NCBI GenBank assembly: GCA_012727425.1
Contig: JAAYHQ010000047.1
Span: 13,155-77,154, forward strand
From: Bacillota bacterium
GTDB taxonomy: Bacteria > Bacillota > UBA4882 > UBA10575
Direction: 5' to 3'
Length of the DNA stretch: 64,000 nt
Shown piece after piece: positions 1 to 9,504 of this stretch. The translations under genes and the position numbers were made by a program. The notes under the pieces were generated by a model. The model saw only the letters and a program-made list of their open reading frames with translations. It was not told the origin of the DNA and did not search any database. The stretch's first letter is position 1; each line of letters begins with the position of its first letter.

Positions 1-503
1 ATCCGCCGGCTTTGCTCGGCGGCCCCCACCGATAAAAACACTTTCAAATCATAATGGTCGATTAAGGTCGGTTGAAGACTATAAACCCCTTCGATTATAT
101 TTAGTGGTTTTGGGGTGACCGCTACCTCGTGGGTAAACGCCTGCCGGCGACAGTCGTAAACCCGGTATTGAAAGGGCCGGTGCCTTAGCAGGCCCATAAT
201 CACTTCCTCTTTAAAGCGGTGGTAATCCACATTCCCGCCGGGTTCGTTTAGACGGTCCATTGATTTAAGCTCCGGGGGGAGAAAAAAATCGTCCATGTGA
301 AAAACGTTGCAGTCATAAACTTGCGTCAGGTGTTCAGCAAGGGCGGTTTTGCCGGCGCCGCTGTTCCCGTCGATGGCAACCAAAACTTGGGCTTTGGCAG
401 CCAGGAGCGCGTCGATCTGCCGGAAAAGCGGGGAAAAGTCCGGACGGCATGAGTCCGGGCTTTTGGGTTTTTCCGGGATGTGTTGGGCATTATTCTTCGT
501 CAT
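1..503 (-). CDS. uridine kinase-family P-loop NTPase; C-terminal part runs off the left edge
   Basis: Minus-strand frame is open from ATG (503-501) to position 1. It is missing from the ORF track only because no stop lies in the window. AAGGAG sits 8 nt upstream. MTKNNAQH..VAIDGNSGAGKTALAEHL..FHMDDFF gives a Walker A plus a Udk-like DDFF motif. Confidence 0.55.
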   Translation of the reverse strand, partial: MTKNNAQHIPEKPKSPDSCRPDFSPLFRQIDALLAAKAQVLVAIDGNSGAGKTALAEHLTQVYDCNVFHMDDFFLPPELKSMDRLNEPGGNVDYHRFKEEVIMGLLRHRPFQYRVYDCRRQAFTHEVAVTPKPLNIIEGVYSLQPTLIDHYDLKVFLSVGAAEQSRR

Positions 504-629
504 GGCGTTAACTCCTTACCAAATAAATATGGTTGTTAAATTATTGATTAAAAAAGCAGTCAAACATGGCTGTCTTATTGCTAGGCTTGTCCTTGGTACA
601 CCGGGAAAGAACTGGGCCGCCGACCGGCT

Positions 630-1406
630 TCAAGAACCGGAGTTCAGGTTGTAGTTCCGCAGGAAGGTTCGGGTCCGGGCGTTGGTGGGTGCCCCGAAAA
701 GCGTTTCGGGGCTGCCTTCTTCTACGATCTTCCCTTTATCCATAAAGATGACCCGGTCGGCCACTTCGCGGGCAAAGGCCATCTCGTGGGTGACCACCAT
801 CATTGTCATCCGTTCCGCCGCCAAATTGCGGATTACTTTGAGGACTTCGCCGGTTAACTCCGGATCCAGGGCGGAGGTGGGTTCGTCGAAGAAAAGGATA
901 TCCGGTTTCATCGCCAAAGCCCGGGCGATCGCCACCCGCTGGCATTGTCCGCCGGAGAGTTGGTAGGGGTACGCATCGGCCTTGTCGGTCAGGCCGATCT
1001 TAGCCAACAGTTGGTAGGCCAGGGCTTCCGCTTCGGCGGGGGCCATGCCGGCGACGTGGATCGGCGCTTCCGTGATGTTCCGGAGCACGGAGAAATGGGG
1101 AAAAAGGTTAAAATTCTGGAAGACCATGCCCAGGCGTAAGCGGATCTTTCTTAACGCCGCCTCGGGCGCATAGGTCACCTGGCCTGCGGGCGAAGTGGTG
1201 ACCATGGGTTCGCCCGCGACGTAGATGGCACCGGAATCGATCTTCTCCAGGAGGGTGAGGCAACGCAGGAGGGTACTTTTTCCGGACCCGGAAGGTCCGA
1301 TCAGGGCGACGACCTCTCCTTCGCTAATCTGAAAAGAGACCCCGGTGACCACATCTTCCGTGCCGACAAAACTTTTATACAGGTTTTCCACCTTAAGAAT
1401 CTCCAT
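630..1406 (-). CDS. polar amino-acid ABC transporter ATP-binding protein (GlnQ/ArtP-like)
   Basis: ORF 630..1496. Walker [10 protein letters not shown], signature [15 protein letters not shown], Walker [13 protein letters not shown]. Start moved to ATG 1406 ([13 protein letters not shown]), which has GAGGAG upstream. Confidence 0.9.
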   Translation of the reverse strand: MEILKVENLYKSFVGTEDVVTGVSFQISEGEVVALIGPSGSGKSTLLRCLTLLEKIDSGAIYVAGEPMVTTSPAGQVTYAPEAALRKIRLRLGMVFQNFNLFPHFSVLRNITEAPIHVAGMAPAEAEALAYQLLAKIGLTDKADAYPYQLSGGQCQRVAIARALAMKPDILFFDEPTSALDPELTGEVLKVIRNLAAERMTMMVVTHEMAFAREVADRVIFMDKGKIVEEGSPETLFGAPTNARTRTFLRNYNLNSGS

Positions 1407-1600
1407 GGTGTTCAGCTCCTCTTTTTCGGTACGCTTTTGGGTTTGCCGCCCACTTGGCTTCGGATCTTCAACTGACGGGACAGTTGGTCGCCGCACCCCG
1501 CTGGGGTTCCATTTCCGGCCTCAAACTTGTGGGGCCGTGGTCGGTTTGGACGCCTTGGCCGCCGGCGTGGGCGCTTTATGGGTAACCCGGGATTGGACAA

Positions 1601-2275
1601 CTACCGGTAATAACTCAATTTTTTCTCGGCGGCGTCAAAAACTTTGGTCACGATCCAGTTCATGAAGAGATAAAAAAGGCCGGCAATAAAGAGCGGGCTG
1701 GTCGAAAAGAGACGGTTGGCTTCATTTCTTGCCACCCGGAAAAGCTCGGAGATGCCAAGTACGGTGATTAAAGCCGTGTCTTTGACGAGGGTGATCACTT
1801 CGTTGCTGACGGGGGGCAGAATCCGCTTGATCACCTGGGGAAGAATAATCCGGAAAAAGGTCTGGCTTTTCGTAAAACCAAGGACGGCGGCGGCTTCGTA
1901 CTGCCCTTGGGGGATTGATTCAATGCCGCCGCGGTAAATCTCGGCAAAATAGGCGGCGTAATTGAGGGAAAAGGCAAGAACCGCTGCGGTGAAACGGGGG
2001 AGGGTGAATCTTAACCCTTCCGGCAACATGTAGAAAGGAGCAAAGTAGAAAAAGATCAGTTGTAAAATCAAAGGGGTTCCACGCATGATCAGAATGAAAA
2101 GTTTAACCGGTGTGTTCAACCATTTCTGCGGTGCCATGCGGGCCAGGGCGATCAGTAAACCCAAAGGGAGCGAAAAAAGGAGGGTCAAAAAGAAGATCCG
2201 GAGGGTGGTCAAGGCTCCCGTGCCCAGCAAACTTACTTGTTTGAGAAGTTGTGTACCGAATTCTAGGACAGACAT
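1601..2275 (-). CDS. amino-acid ABC transporter permease (His/Glu/Gln/Arg/opine family)
   Basis: 224-aa multi-TM ORF with an EAA-type loop (EAAAVLGFTKSQTFFRIILPQ). Sits between the SBP and ATPase genes. Confidence 0.9.
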   Translation of the reverse strand: MSVLEFGTQLLKQVSLLGTGALTTLRIFFLTLLFSLPLGLLIALARMAPQKWLNTPVKLFILIMRGTPLILQLIFFYFAPFYMLPEGLRFTLPRFTAAVLAFSLNYAAYFAEIYRGGIESIPQGQYEAAAVLGFTKSQTFFRIILPQVIKRILPPVSNEVITLVKDTALITVLGISELFRVARNEANRLFSTSPLFIAGLFYLFMNWIVTKVFDAAEKKLSYYR

Positions 2276-2430
2276 AAGATATAACCCCTTTTGTTCTTTA
2301 GTGCTTAAGTGGTTGCTATGGATGTATTCGCAGCAAGCGTCAGGAATCCTCTTTAAAGATGGTTTCTGTTCGGCAAAAGTTCAGGGTTTTCCCCTTAAAC
2401 CATCTGTGCATACGATTGAAGATCAGGAAA

Positions 2431-2468
2431 AAGGGTTATGAGTTCGCGCTTGCGAACCCATAACCCTT
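2431..2468 (-). terminator. intercistronic hairpin / partial terminator between the SBP and permease genes
   Basis: Stem pairs 16 of 17 bp, AAGGGTTATGAGTTCGC / GCGAACCCATAACCCTT, with a 4-nt loop. It starts 36 nt after the SBP stop and runs into a T5 tract in the minus sense. Confidence 0.5.
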
Positions 2469-2504
2469 CTTGCTACTACACGGAACAGGTGTCTTTTCCG
2501 GTCC

Positions 2505-3311
2505 TTACCGGTCAATGACGGTAATATCTTCGCCAAACCATTTTTCGGAGATGGCGGCGAGGGTGCTGTCTTTCGCCATGGCGATGAGGGTCTCCTGGAA
2601 TTTTTCCATTAACGCCTGGTCGCCCTTGCGGAAACCGATGCCGTATTCTTCGCTGGCCAAAGCCTCATCGAGGACGATAAAATTCTTGTCTTTTTGCTGG
2701 ATGTAATAGCGGGCGACGATCTCATCCATCAGGACTGCATCCAAGCCGCCCAGTTCCAGGTCCATGAGGGCGGTCATGTTTTCGTCAAATTCGATAACGT
2801 TGGCCAAGGAGGCTTCAAAGTCCGGTTTACTGGTCAGGGCGTCTTTCGCGCTGGAGCCGGCCTGCAGGCCCAGGGTTTTCCCGGCCAAACCGGCCAGGGA
2901 TGTGATCCCGGAATCGGCCCGGACGATCACGACCTGCCGGTTGTCCATGTATGGTTTGGTGAAGAGGATATTTTTCTGGCGTTCGGGGGTTATGGTCAAA
3001 CCGTTCCAGATACAATCGATGTTTTTTGTATTCAATTCCTGTTCTTTAGCATCCCAGTTGATCGGTTGCAATTTAAGTTCAATGCCGAGACGGTTACAGA
3101 CTTCTTTGGCGACGTCAATATCAAAACCGACGATCTGCCCGTTTTCATCCCGGAACCCCATCGGTGGGAAGCTGTCATCTAACCCTAAGACAAAGACGCC
3201 TTTTTTCTTCACGTCTTCCCAGGAAGTATCCTTTTTCGCCGCGGAGCAGCCGGAAAGCAGGAAGATGCAGATTAACATTACGGTGACGATGAGAGCAAGG
3301 TATTTTTTCAT
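2505..3311 (-). CDS. amino-acid ABC transporter substrate-binding lipoprotein
   Basis: 268 aa. Signal peptide with lipobox LLSGC. Type-3 SBP motifs (GFDIDVAKEV, WDAKEQEL, GLQAGSS). Confidence 0.9.
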   Translation of the reverse strand: MKKYLALIVTVMLICIFLLSGCSAAKKDTSWEDVKKKGVFVLGLDDSFPPMGFRDENGQIVGFDIDVAKEVCNRLGIELKLQPINWDAKEQELNTKNIDCIWNGLTITPERQKNILFTKPYMDNRQVVIVRADSGITSLAGLAGKTLGLQAGSSAKDALTSKPDFEASLANVIEFDENMTALMDLELGGLDAVLMDEIVARYYIQQKDKNFIVLDEALASEEYGIGFRKGDQALMEKFQETLIAMAKDSTLAAISEKWFGEDITVIDR

Positions 3312-3497
3312 AAATAATCACCCCACAAGTATTTGTATGCAATTATACTTGAAAATGCGTTGATAGTAAAGGGTAAACGGTAACAAAATACCTTTTCAAA
3401 GGTCAGCAGCGGTCTCCGTTCGCTACCAAAGTTGTGTAAAAACTCTTGACGAATGAGAAGGGAAATCGGTTTAGACCGAGAAATAAAATAGGATATA

Positions 3498-3530
3498 AGG
3501 TAATTTTAGGTAATATATTTTAGGTAATAT
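3498..3530 (+). repeat. AT-rich tandem direct repeat (TTTTAGGTAATAT x2; AGGTAAT x3) overlapping a TATAAT box
   Basis: TTTTAGGTAATAT occurs at 3504-3516 and 3518-3530. AGGTAAT occurs at 3498, 3508 and 3522. TATAAT lies at 3528-3533. Confidence 0.6.
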
Positions 3531-3663
3531 AATTTTACATGGAGGATTACATAATCCTTATCCGCCTTTGGCGAAAGGAGAATTTGGTATTGTCTTTTTT
3601 GGACACAACAAAATTATTCCTGCTGCTGGCCAGCGGGAGCGGGATAGAAAATCAAGGGTAACC

Positions 3664-3697
3664 AAGGTGAACGTCCCAGACGTATCACCTTTTTTTT
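3664..3697 (+). terminator. strong intrinsic terminator 67 nt upstream of the hybrid kinase start
   Basis: AAGGTGAACGTC-cca-GACGTaTCACCTT forms a 12-bp stem with one bulged A, followed by T8 (3690-3697). There is no upstream plus-strand gene other than a short ORF. Confidence 0.7.
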
Positions 3698-3763
3698 GTC
3701 GATAATTACAGGATTGTTGAGGAAATAAGAAACAAAAGGCGTAAGGACCAAGGAGGGATATTT

Positions 3764-6568
3764 GTGGCGACGATTCTGATTATTGAAGATCACGCTCTCA
3801 GCCGGCAGATGCTCAACACCTGGCTCGGGTATACGGGACACACCATTTTAAAGGCGGGGAGCGGGGAAGAGGCGTTGGCGATTGCCCGGCAAAAGATTCC
3901 GGATTTAATCATCAGTGACATCCTGATGCCGGGGATGGACGGTTTCGAGCTGGTGCGGCGCTTGCGGCGGGAAAAACGGTTACGCCGGATTCCGGTCATC
4001 TTTTACACGGCTGCCTACCGTCAACCACAAGCGATCCATCTTCGTGAGCTCAACGAGACTTGCCGCGCCATCCCGAAAGCGTCCGAACCTTCTGCCCTCC
4101 TTGCCGCGATCAACGAGGTACTGGGCCCCCCACCGTCGATGTCAACGATGCCAACGCCGGCGGTTTTTCCCGAGGAGAAGGCGGCCGCCAATTCGGTGGA
4201 AACCATCTTCTGCCAGGGTGCGGGATTGCGGTTGGCTATTTTGATGGAACTTAGCTATAATTTAGTTTCGGAGCGTAATCCGGCGGCGCTTTTGGAAGCC
4301 TTTTGCCGGGGAGCACGAGGGTTCATTGACTGTCAAACGGCGCTCTTGGCGATAGAAGAAGAGAAGACCAAAAGCCGTTATTTTTGGGATAAACAGCAGC
4401 AAGTCGAAGGGGGCGATAATATCGGCCAACTTCTTCCGCCGCCGGTGGTCCTCCGCCAAGTCGTAAAGGAGCGGCAGCCGTTCCGTTGGCCGACGACCGA
4501 AGATTTAACCGGCGGCAAAGGAGAACGGCGGTTTGGCGCTTACCGTTCATTGCTGGTGGTTCCGGTGGCCACTCCCAACAAAGTCTACGGTTGGGTCGCC
4601 TTGGGCAATAAACGGAACGGGGTCTTGTTTACGGAAGAAGAAACGGAGATGATTATGTGCCTTAGTAAACAGGTGGCGCTGGCCTACGAAAACCTCCTCC
4701 TGATGCAGGAACTGCAGAAAAACGAGAAGCGTTTACGCCTGGTTCTTTCGACAACGGGACTTTGCACTTGGACTTGGGATCTAGATGCGGATCAGTTTAC
4801 CTACTGGCGGAATGGACAGGTTCAGGAACCGGTGATCCTGACGGCCAGTGAATATTTTGCCGCCATTGACCCTCGGGACCGGGTGCAGGTTTACAGTCGG
4901 CTGAAACAGGCGATCCGGCAGGGGCACGCTTTTGAAGTTGAATACCGTACGCTTTATGAGGGAAGGGAGTATTGGTTTCTGTCCAAAGGGCTGGTCAACC
5001 GGGTCGGCAAGACCGCGACCGAGGTGATCGGGATCAACTTGGATATCACGGAACGGAAGCGGATGGAGGAAGAAGCGATCGCCTCGGAGCGGGAACTGTT
5101 GAAGATCACCCTGAATTCGCTGGAGGAAGGGGTGATTGCCACCGACCGGAATGGCCGGGTGATGCTGTTGAACTGTGCGGCCCTTCGGATGATCGGGTGC
5201 CGTGAAGAAGAGGCTTTCAATCAACCCCTCAATCAACTCCTCTTCGTTTGTGATGGAAAAACAGGAAAAAAATTGACGGCTTTTCCCCCGGAGGACATTC
5301 CTTCCGACCTGATCTTGATCACCCGGAGTTTTGGGAAGATCCCGATCACCCTGCAGAACTCCCCGATTAGACTGCCGAACGGGAAGGAGATCGGGATGGT
5401 CACTGTTTTTCAGGATATTACGGAAAAGCGCCAAGCCGAACGGGAGTTGATCAAGACGGCGAAACTGGAGTCGCTGGGGGTCTTGGCGGCCGGTATTGCC
5501 CATGACTTCAACAATACTTTGGCGGCGATCATCTCCAATCTTCAGTTGGCAACGCTCCAGTATGAAAAGCAGATTGACATCTCGTCGACCCTGGCCCAGA
5601 CGGTGGAGATCTCCCATAAAGCCAGCGCTTTAACGAAGCAACTACTGACCTTTGCCAAAGGGGGGGCGCCGGTGAAAAAGAATGCCTCGCTGGACCGGTT
5701 GATCCGGGAAACCGCCGAATTTGTGCTCCGTGGTTCCAACATTAAAGTTGAATACCGGATTCCCACTGACCTCTGGAATGTCTCCATCGATGTGGGACAG
5801 ATTAGTCAGGTCCTCCATAATCTGGTGCTCAACGCGAAACAGGCCATGCAACACGGCGGGATTATCAAAATTAATGTGGAAAATGTTGAAGTTGGGAAGG
5901 ATCAGCGGATCAAACCGGGGAAATATGTGCAGGTAACCGTTGTGGATCAGGGTGTCGGGATTAAACCGGAGATCATGGGGAAGATTTTTGATCCTTTTTT
6001 TACAACCAAGCCCAATGGCAACGGGCTAGGGCTGGCAACGGCCTTTTCGATCATCCGGCAACACGACGGGGCGATTGAAGTGGAATCGGAGGTGGGGGCC
6101 GGCTCGACTTTCCGGATTTACTTACCGGCCTCCACCGAAACCAGAGTGGTGGAGATCCTGGAAAAAGAAGCCGCGGTGACGGAAGAACGGTTACGGATTC
6201 TGTTGATGGATGATGAAGAGCTGATCTGTCGGGCCGTGGCCGAACTACTGGCCAATTTTGGCCATGAGATTGTCACCACGCGCAACGGGGAGGAGACCAT
6301 CCAGGTCTACCAAGAGGCCAAAGCGAACGACAACCCCTTTGACGTGGTGATCCTGGATTTGACCATTCCCGGCGGGATCGGGGGGAAGGAAGTCATTGCC
6401 CGGCTACGCAGTTTTGATCCGCAGATCAAAGCGATTGTATGCAGCGGTTATGCTGCGGATCCGATCATGGCCGATTACCAAAAATACGGGTTCTCCGGTG
6501 TGGTCAGCAAACCTTACCGGATCGATGAGCTCCTGGCCGTTTTGCGGCAGGTGGCAGCGGACTTATAA
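3764..6568 (+). CDS. hybrid sensor histidine kinase (REC-GAF-PAS-PAS-HisKA-HATPase-REC)
   Basis: 934 aa. N-terminal REC (DLIISDILMPGMDG), H-box IAHDFNNTLAAI, N/G boxes HNLVLNAKQAM, DQGVGI, GNGLGL, and a C-terminal REC (DVVILDLTIPGG). AGGAGGG lies 6 nt before GTG. Confidence 0.9.
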   Translation: MATILIIEDHALSRQMLNTWLGYTGHTILKAGSGEEALAIARQKIPDLIISDILMPGMDGFELVRRLRREKRLRRIPVIFYTAAYRQPQAIHLRELNETCRAIPKASEPSALLAAINEVLGPPPSMSTMPTPAVFPEEKAAANSVETIFCQGAGLRLAILMELSYNLVSERNPAALLEAFCRGARGFIDCQTALLAIEEEKTKSRYFWDKQQQVEGGDNIGQLLPPPVVLRQVVKERQPFRWPTTEDLTGGKGERRFGAYRSLLVVPVATPNKVYGWVALGNKRNGVLFTEEETEMIMCLSKQVALAYENLLLMQELQKNEKRLRLVLSTTGLCTWTWDLDADQFTYWRNGQVQEPVILTASEYFAAIDPRDRVQVYSRLKQAIRQGHAFEVEYRTLYEGREYWFLSKGLVNRVGKTATEVIGINLDITERKRMEEEAIASERELLKITLNSLEEGVIATDRNGRVMLLNCAALRMIGCREEEAFNQPLNQLLFVCDGKTGKKLTAFPPEDIPSDLILITRSFGKIPITLQNSPIRLPNGKEIGMVTVFQDITEKRQAERELIKTAKLESLGVLAAGIAHDFNNTLAAIISNLQLATLQYEKQIDISSTLAQTVEISHKASALTKQLLTFAKGGAPVKKNASLDRLIRETAEFVLRGSNIKVEYRIPTDLWNVSIDVGQISQVLHNLVLNAKQAMQHGGIIKINVENVEVGKDQRIKPGKYVQVTVVDQGVGIKPEIMGKIFDPFFTTKPNGNGLGLATAFSIIRQHDGAIEVESEVGAGSTFRIYLPASTETRVVEILEKEAAVTEERLRILLMDDEELICRAVAELLANFGHEIVTTRNGEETIQVYQEAKANDNPFDVVILDLTIPGGIGGKEVIARLRSFDPQIKAIVCSGYAADPIMADYQKYGFSGVVSKPYRIDELLAVLRQVAADL

Positions 6569-6610
6569 TATTACGTTTTTGATGAAAATATACAAATGTC
6601 CATGAAAAGC

Positions 6611-6639
6611 TTGCAACATTTACAAAAATTATCTAAAAT
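6611..6639 (+). promoter_or_regulatory. sigma-A-type promoter for the BMP transporter operon
   Basis: TTGCAA (6611-6616), 17-nt spacer, TAAAAT (6634-6639). Confidence 0.5.
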
Positions 6640-6701
6640 AGTAAACGGATAGCCAATTTTAAGGTCTTTATGCACCAAAAATATCAAAAGGAGGCGCCTG
6701 A

Positions 6702-7784
6702 ATGTATAAGAAAATCTTAATTGTTCTGGTCATCTTGGTCGTGGCCGTCCTGGTTGCGGTTAATGTGGGGCAACGCACCGGCGTGCTGAAGATGGGCCGC
6801 CTGAAAGTGGGGATGGTGACCGATGCCGGGACTATTGATGACAAGTCATTTAACCAAGGAACCTGGGAAGGGGTTCTCCAAGCCGGAGAAGAATTTGGCC
6901 TGGAAACAAGGTATTTGAAACCGGCGGGGACAACCGAGGCCGATTACCTGACCGAGATCGGCAATCTTTACGATGCGGGCTTCAAATTCATGGTCTGCCC
7001 CGGTTTCAAATTTGAAACACCGATTTACCAGGCCCAAGATAGATATCCTGACGCCAAATTCGTGATTATTGACGGTAACCCCCACGCGGGTGATTTTGTT
7101 CCGGTGGTGAAAGAAAATACCGTTTCGATCTTCTTCGCGGAGCATGAATCCGGTTTTATTGCCGGTGTCGCCACGGCGCTGCAACTGAAAGAAGGGGAGC
7201 TGGGCTACATTGGCGGTATGGAGATCCCGGCGGTACAAAAATTTAACTGGGGCTTCCAACAGGGGGTCCGCTATGCCAATACGCATTTAGGGACCAACAT
7301 GGTGATCCGCCCCGAAAACGTGATCTACCAAGGTTCATTTGATAACGTTGCGGCCGGACAACAACTGGCGGCGCAGATGTATGACCGCGGGGTGAAAGCG
7401 ATCTTCGCGGCGGCCGGCGGGGTCGGGATCGGCGTGATCAACGAGGCGAAAGCCCGGGCCCGGGCTGGTCAGGAAGTCTGGGTGGTCGGGGTTGACGTCG
7501 ACCAGTATGATGAGGGTATCTATGACGGTAACAAATCGGTCATCTTGACTTCGGCGACGAAACAGATTAAAAAAGCGACCTATGATATGATCAAAGCCGA
7601 GCTGGATGGGAAGTTCCCCGGCGGGGAGATCCTGGTCTTTGATGCGAAGAACGACGGGATCGGGATTCCGGATGAGAATCCGAACCTCAGCGCCGAAGTG
7701 GAAAGCAAGGTCGCCGAGGTCTACGCCAAGTTGAAGAGCGGCGAGATCGTCGTCTCCGATGTCCGAGGGGATCTAATCCGGTAA
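6702..7784 (+). CDS. BMP-family ABC transporter substrate-binding protein (nucleoside-type, PnrA/Med-like)
   Basis: 360 aa. N-terminal TM or signal segment. BMP-family look (GMVTDAGTIDDKSFNQGTWEG, FKFMVCPGF, GGVGIGVINEA). AAAGGAGG RBS. Confidence 0.85.
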   Translation: MYKKILIVLVILVVAVLVAVNVGQRTGVLKMGRLKVGMVTDAGTIDDKSFNQGTWEGVLQAGEEFGLETRYLKPAGTTEADYLTEIGNLYDAGFKFMVCPGFKFETPIYQAQDRYPDAKFVIIDGNPHAGDFVPVVKENTVSIFFAEHESGFIAGVATALQLKEGELGYIGGMEIPAVQKFNWGFQQGVRYANTHLGTNMVIRPENVIYQGSFDNVAAGQQLAAQMYDRGVKAIFAAAGGVGIGVINEAKARARAGQEVWVVGVDVDQYDEGIYDGNKSVILTSATKQIKKATYDMIKAELDGKFPGGEILVFDAKNDGIGIPDENPNLSAEVESKVAEVYAKLKSGEIVVSDVRGDLIR

Positions 7785-7819
7785 CATCCTACCCGAGTAG
7801 GGTGGGCCAATAGATGGAA

Positions 7820-7850
7820 AAGAGGAGGAGGGAACCGCCCAATCCTCTTC
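7820..7850 (+). terminator. hairpin / partial terminator after the SBP gene
   Basis: AAGAGGA...TCCTCTT stem followed by CTTTTCTTGTTT. Lies in the 196-nt gap before the ATPase gene. Confidence 0.4.
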
Positions 7851-7980
7851 TTTTCTTGTTTGTGGAAATTGTTTTTCGACCATTCCGTAATGGCAAAGAT
7901 GATTTATAATAGATTGTGGTTGAAACGGGTTCAGTTTTGTGTTCGTAAGCAGGTGAAAAAGGAGAAAAAGGAGCGATGTA

Positions 7981-9504
7981 ATGGAATATGTGGTTGAAAT
8001 GCTGAAGATCCGGAAAGAGTTTCCCGGTGTTGTTGCCAATGATGACATTACATTGCAGTTGAAACCAGGGGAAATCCATGCGTTACTCGGCGAAAACGGT
8101 GCCGGGAAATCCACCCTGATGAGCATTTTATTCGGCCTTTACCCGCCGGATCAAGGGACAATCAAAGTCCGTGGTCAGGAAGTGAAGATTACCGACCCCA
8201 ATGTTGCCAATGACTTGGGGATTGGCATGGTGCATCAGCACTTTAAGTTGGTTCATAACTTTACGGTGACGGAAAATATCATGTTGGGAATGGAAATGAC
8301 CAAAGGACTGGTACTCGACCACAAGGCGGCCGCGGAAAGAATTCGGCAGCTTTCCCAAAGGTACGGGCTTAATGTGGATCCCGAGGCGAAAATAGAGGAT
8401 ATCTCCGTCGGAATGCAACAGCGGGTTGAGATCCTGAAGATGCTTTACCGGGATGCTGAGGTTTTGATCTTTGACGAACCTACTTCCGTGCTTACGCCCC
8501 AAGAAATTCAGGATTTGATGGTCATCATGCGTAATCTGGCCAATGAGGGTAAATCCATTATCTTAATCACCCATAAACTCAAGGAGATTAAGGCCATTGC
8601 CGACCGGTGCACGGTGATTCGCCGGGGCCGGGTGGTTGGCACAGTTGATGTGGCCTCCACCAGTGAAGAAGAGTTGGCCCGGATGATGGTTGGCCGGGAG
8701 GTCAGTTTTACCGCGGAAAAAACGGAACGGATCCCCGGGGATGTTGTGCTCAAGGTGGAGAATCTTTACGCCTATGACAACCGGAAGGTGATGGCGCTCA
8801 GGGGCTTTTCACTGGAAGTACGGTCCGGCGAAATCGTGGGCCTGGCTGGGGTCGATGGGAATGGACAAGCAGAATTGGTCGAGGTCATTACCGGGATGCG
8901 GAAAGCGGAAAGCGGCCGGGTTTTGCTGAAAGGGGTTGACATCACCAATTGTTCAATCCGGGACCGGATTCGGATGGGAATTGCCCACATCCCGGCGGAC
9001 CGTCACAAACACGGCCTGATCCTCGACTACACGCTCCAGGAGAATATGATCCTTAAGGTGTACGATCAAGCCCCCTTTGCTGAAAAGGGGCTCCTAAACC
9101 GGGAAGCCATTGCGGAGTATGCCGCCCGCCTCATGGCCGAGTTTGATGTCCGTTCGGGTCAGGGGGCGACGGCTTTGGCCCGTTCGCTTTCGGGTGGAAA
9201 CCAACAGAAAGCCATTGTCGGGCGGGAGATTGACCTCAACCCCGAACTCCTCCTGGCGGTGCAGCCGACTCGCGGCTTGGACGTGGGGGCGATCGAGTAT
9301 ATTCACCGCCGGATTCTTGAACAGCGGGATAAAGGAAAAGCCGTGCTGCTTGTCTCTTTGGAACTGGACGAGATCTTGAATCTGGCCGACCGGATCGCGG
9401 TGATCCACAACGGCGAGTTGGTTGGTGTGGTCGACGCGAAAGAGGCCAACGAACATGAGATCGGCTTGATGATGGCTGGCGGGCAAAGGGGGGCGACGGC
9501 ATGA
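7981..9504 (+). CDS. ABC transporter ATP-binding protein with two fused ABC domains
   Basis: 507 aa. Domain 1: GENGAGKST, VGMQQRVEIL, LIFDEPT. Domain 2: GVDGNGQ, LSGGNQQK, LLLAVQPTRGLD. Confidence 0.9.
   Translation: MEYVVEMLKIRKEFPGVVANDDITLQLKPGEIHALLGENGAGKSTLMSILFGLYPPDQGTIKVRGQEVKITDPNVANDLGIGMVHQHFKLVHNFTVTENIMLGMEMTKGLVLDHKAAAERIRQLSQRYGLNVDPEAKIEDISVGMQQRVEILKMLYRDAEVLIFDEPTSVLTPQEIQDLMVIMRNLANEGKSIILITHKLKEIKAIADRCTVIRRGRVVGTVDVASTSEEELARMMVGREVSFTAEKTERIPGDVVLKVENLYAYDNRKVMALRGFSLEVRSGEIVGLAGVDGNGQAELVEVITGMRKAESGRVLLKGVDITNCSIRDRIRMGIAHIPADRHKHGLILDYTLQENMILKVYDQAPFAEKGLLNREAIAEYAARLMAEFDVRSGQGATALARSLSGGNQQKAIVGREIDLNPELLLAVQPTRGLDVGAIEYIHRRILEQRDKGKAVLLVSLELDEILNLADRIAVIHNGELVGVVDAKEANEHEIGLMMAGGQRGATA

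Noticed and set aside
349-654. 101-aa plus-strand ORF at the left end. The 212-aa ORF at 50106-50744 is a similar case.
   Set aside because: Each is antisense to, or out of frame with, better-supported genes (the kinase-like gene; the membrane protein and methyltransferase). Neither has an RBS.
3498-3530. A CRISPR-like or mobile-element repeat reading of the AGGTAAT / TTTTAGGTAATAT repeats.
   Set aside because: There are only two or three very short, contiguous AT-rich copies with no spacers, and no cas or transposase genes. This looks like promoter or operator architecture.
4781-5617. 278-aa antisense ORF inside the hybrid kinase. Similar long antisense or off-frame ORFs occur elsewhere, for example 55469-56329 in recJ, 57912-58583 in relA, 41023-41736 in purH, 29674-30264 in hflX and 31611-32216 in the LytM gene.
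   Set aside because: Their translations are Arg/Gly/Pro-rich and low-complexity. They have no RBS and lie wholly inside well-supported genes. These are typical shadow ORFs of GC-rich DNA.
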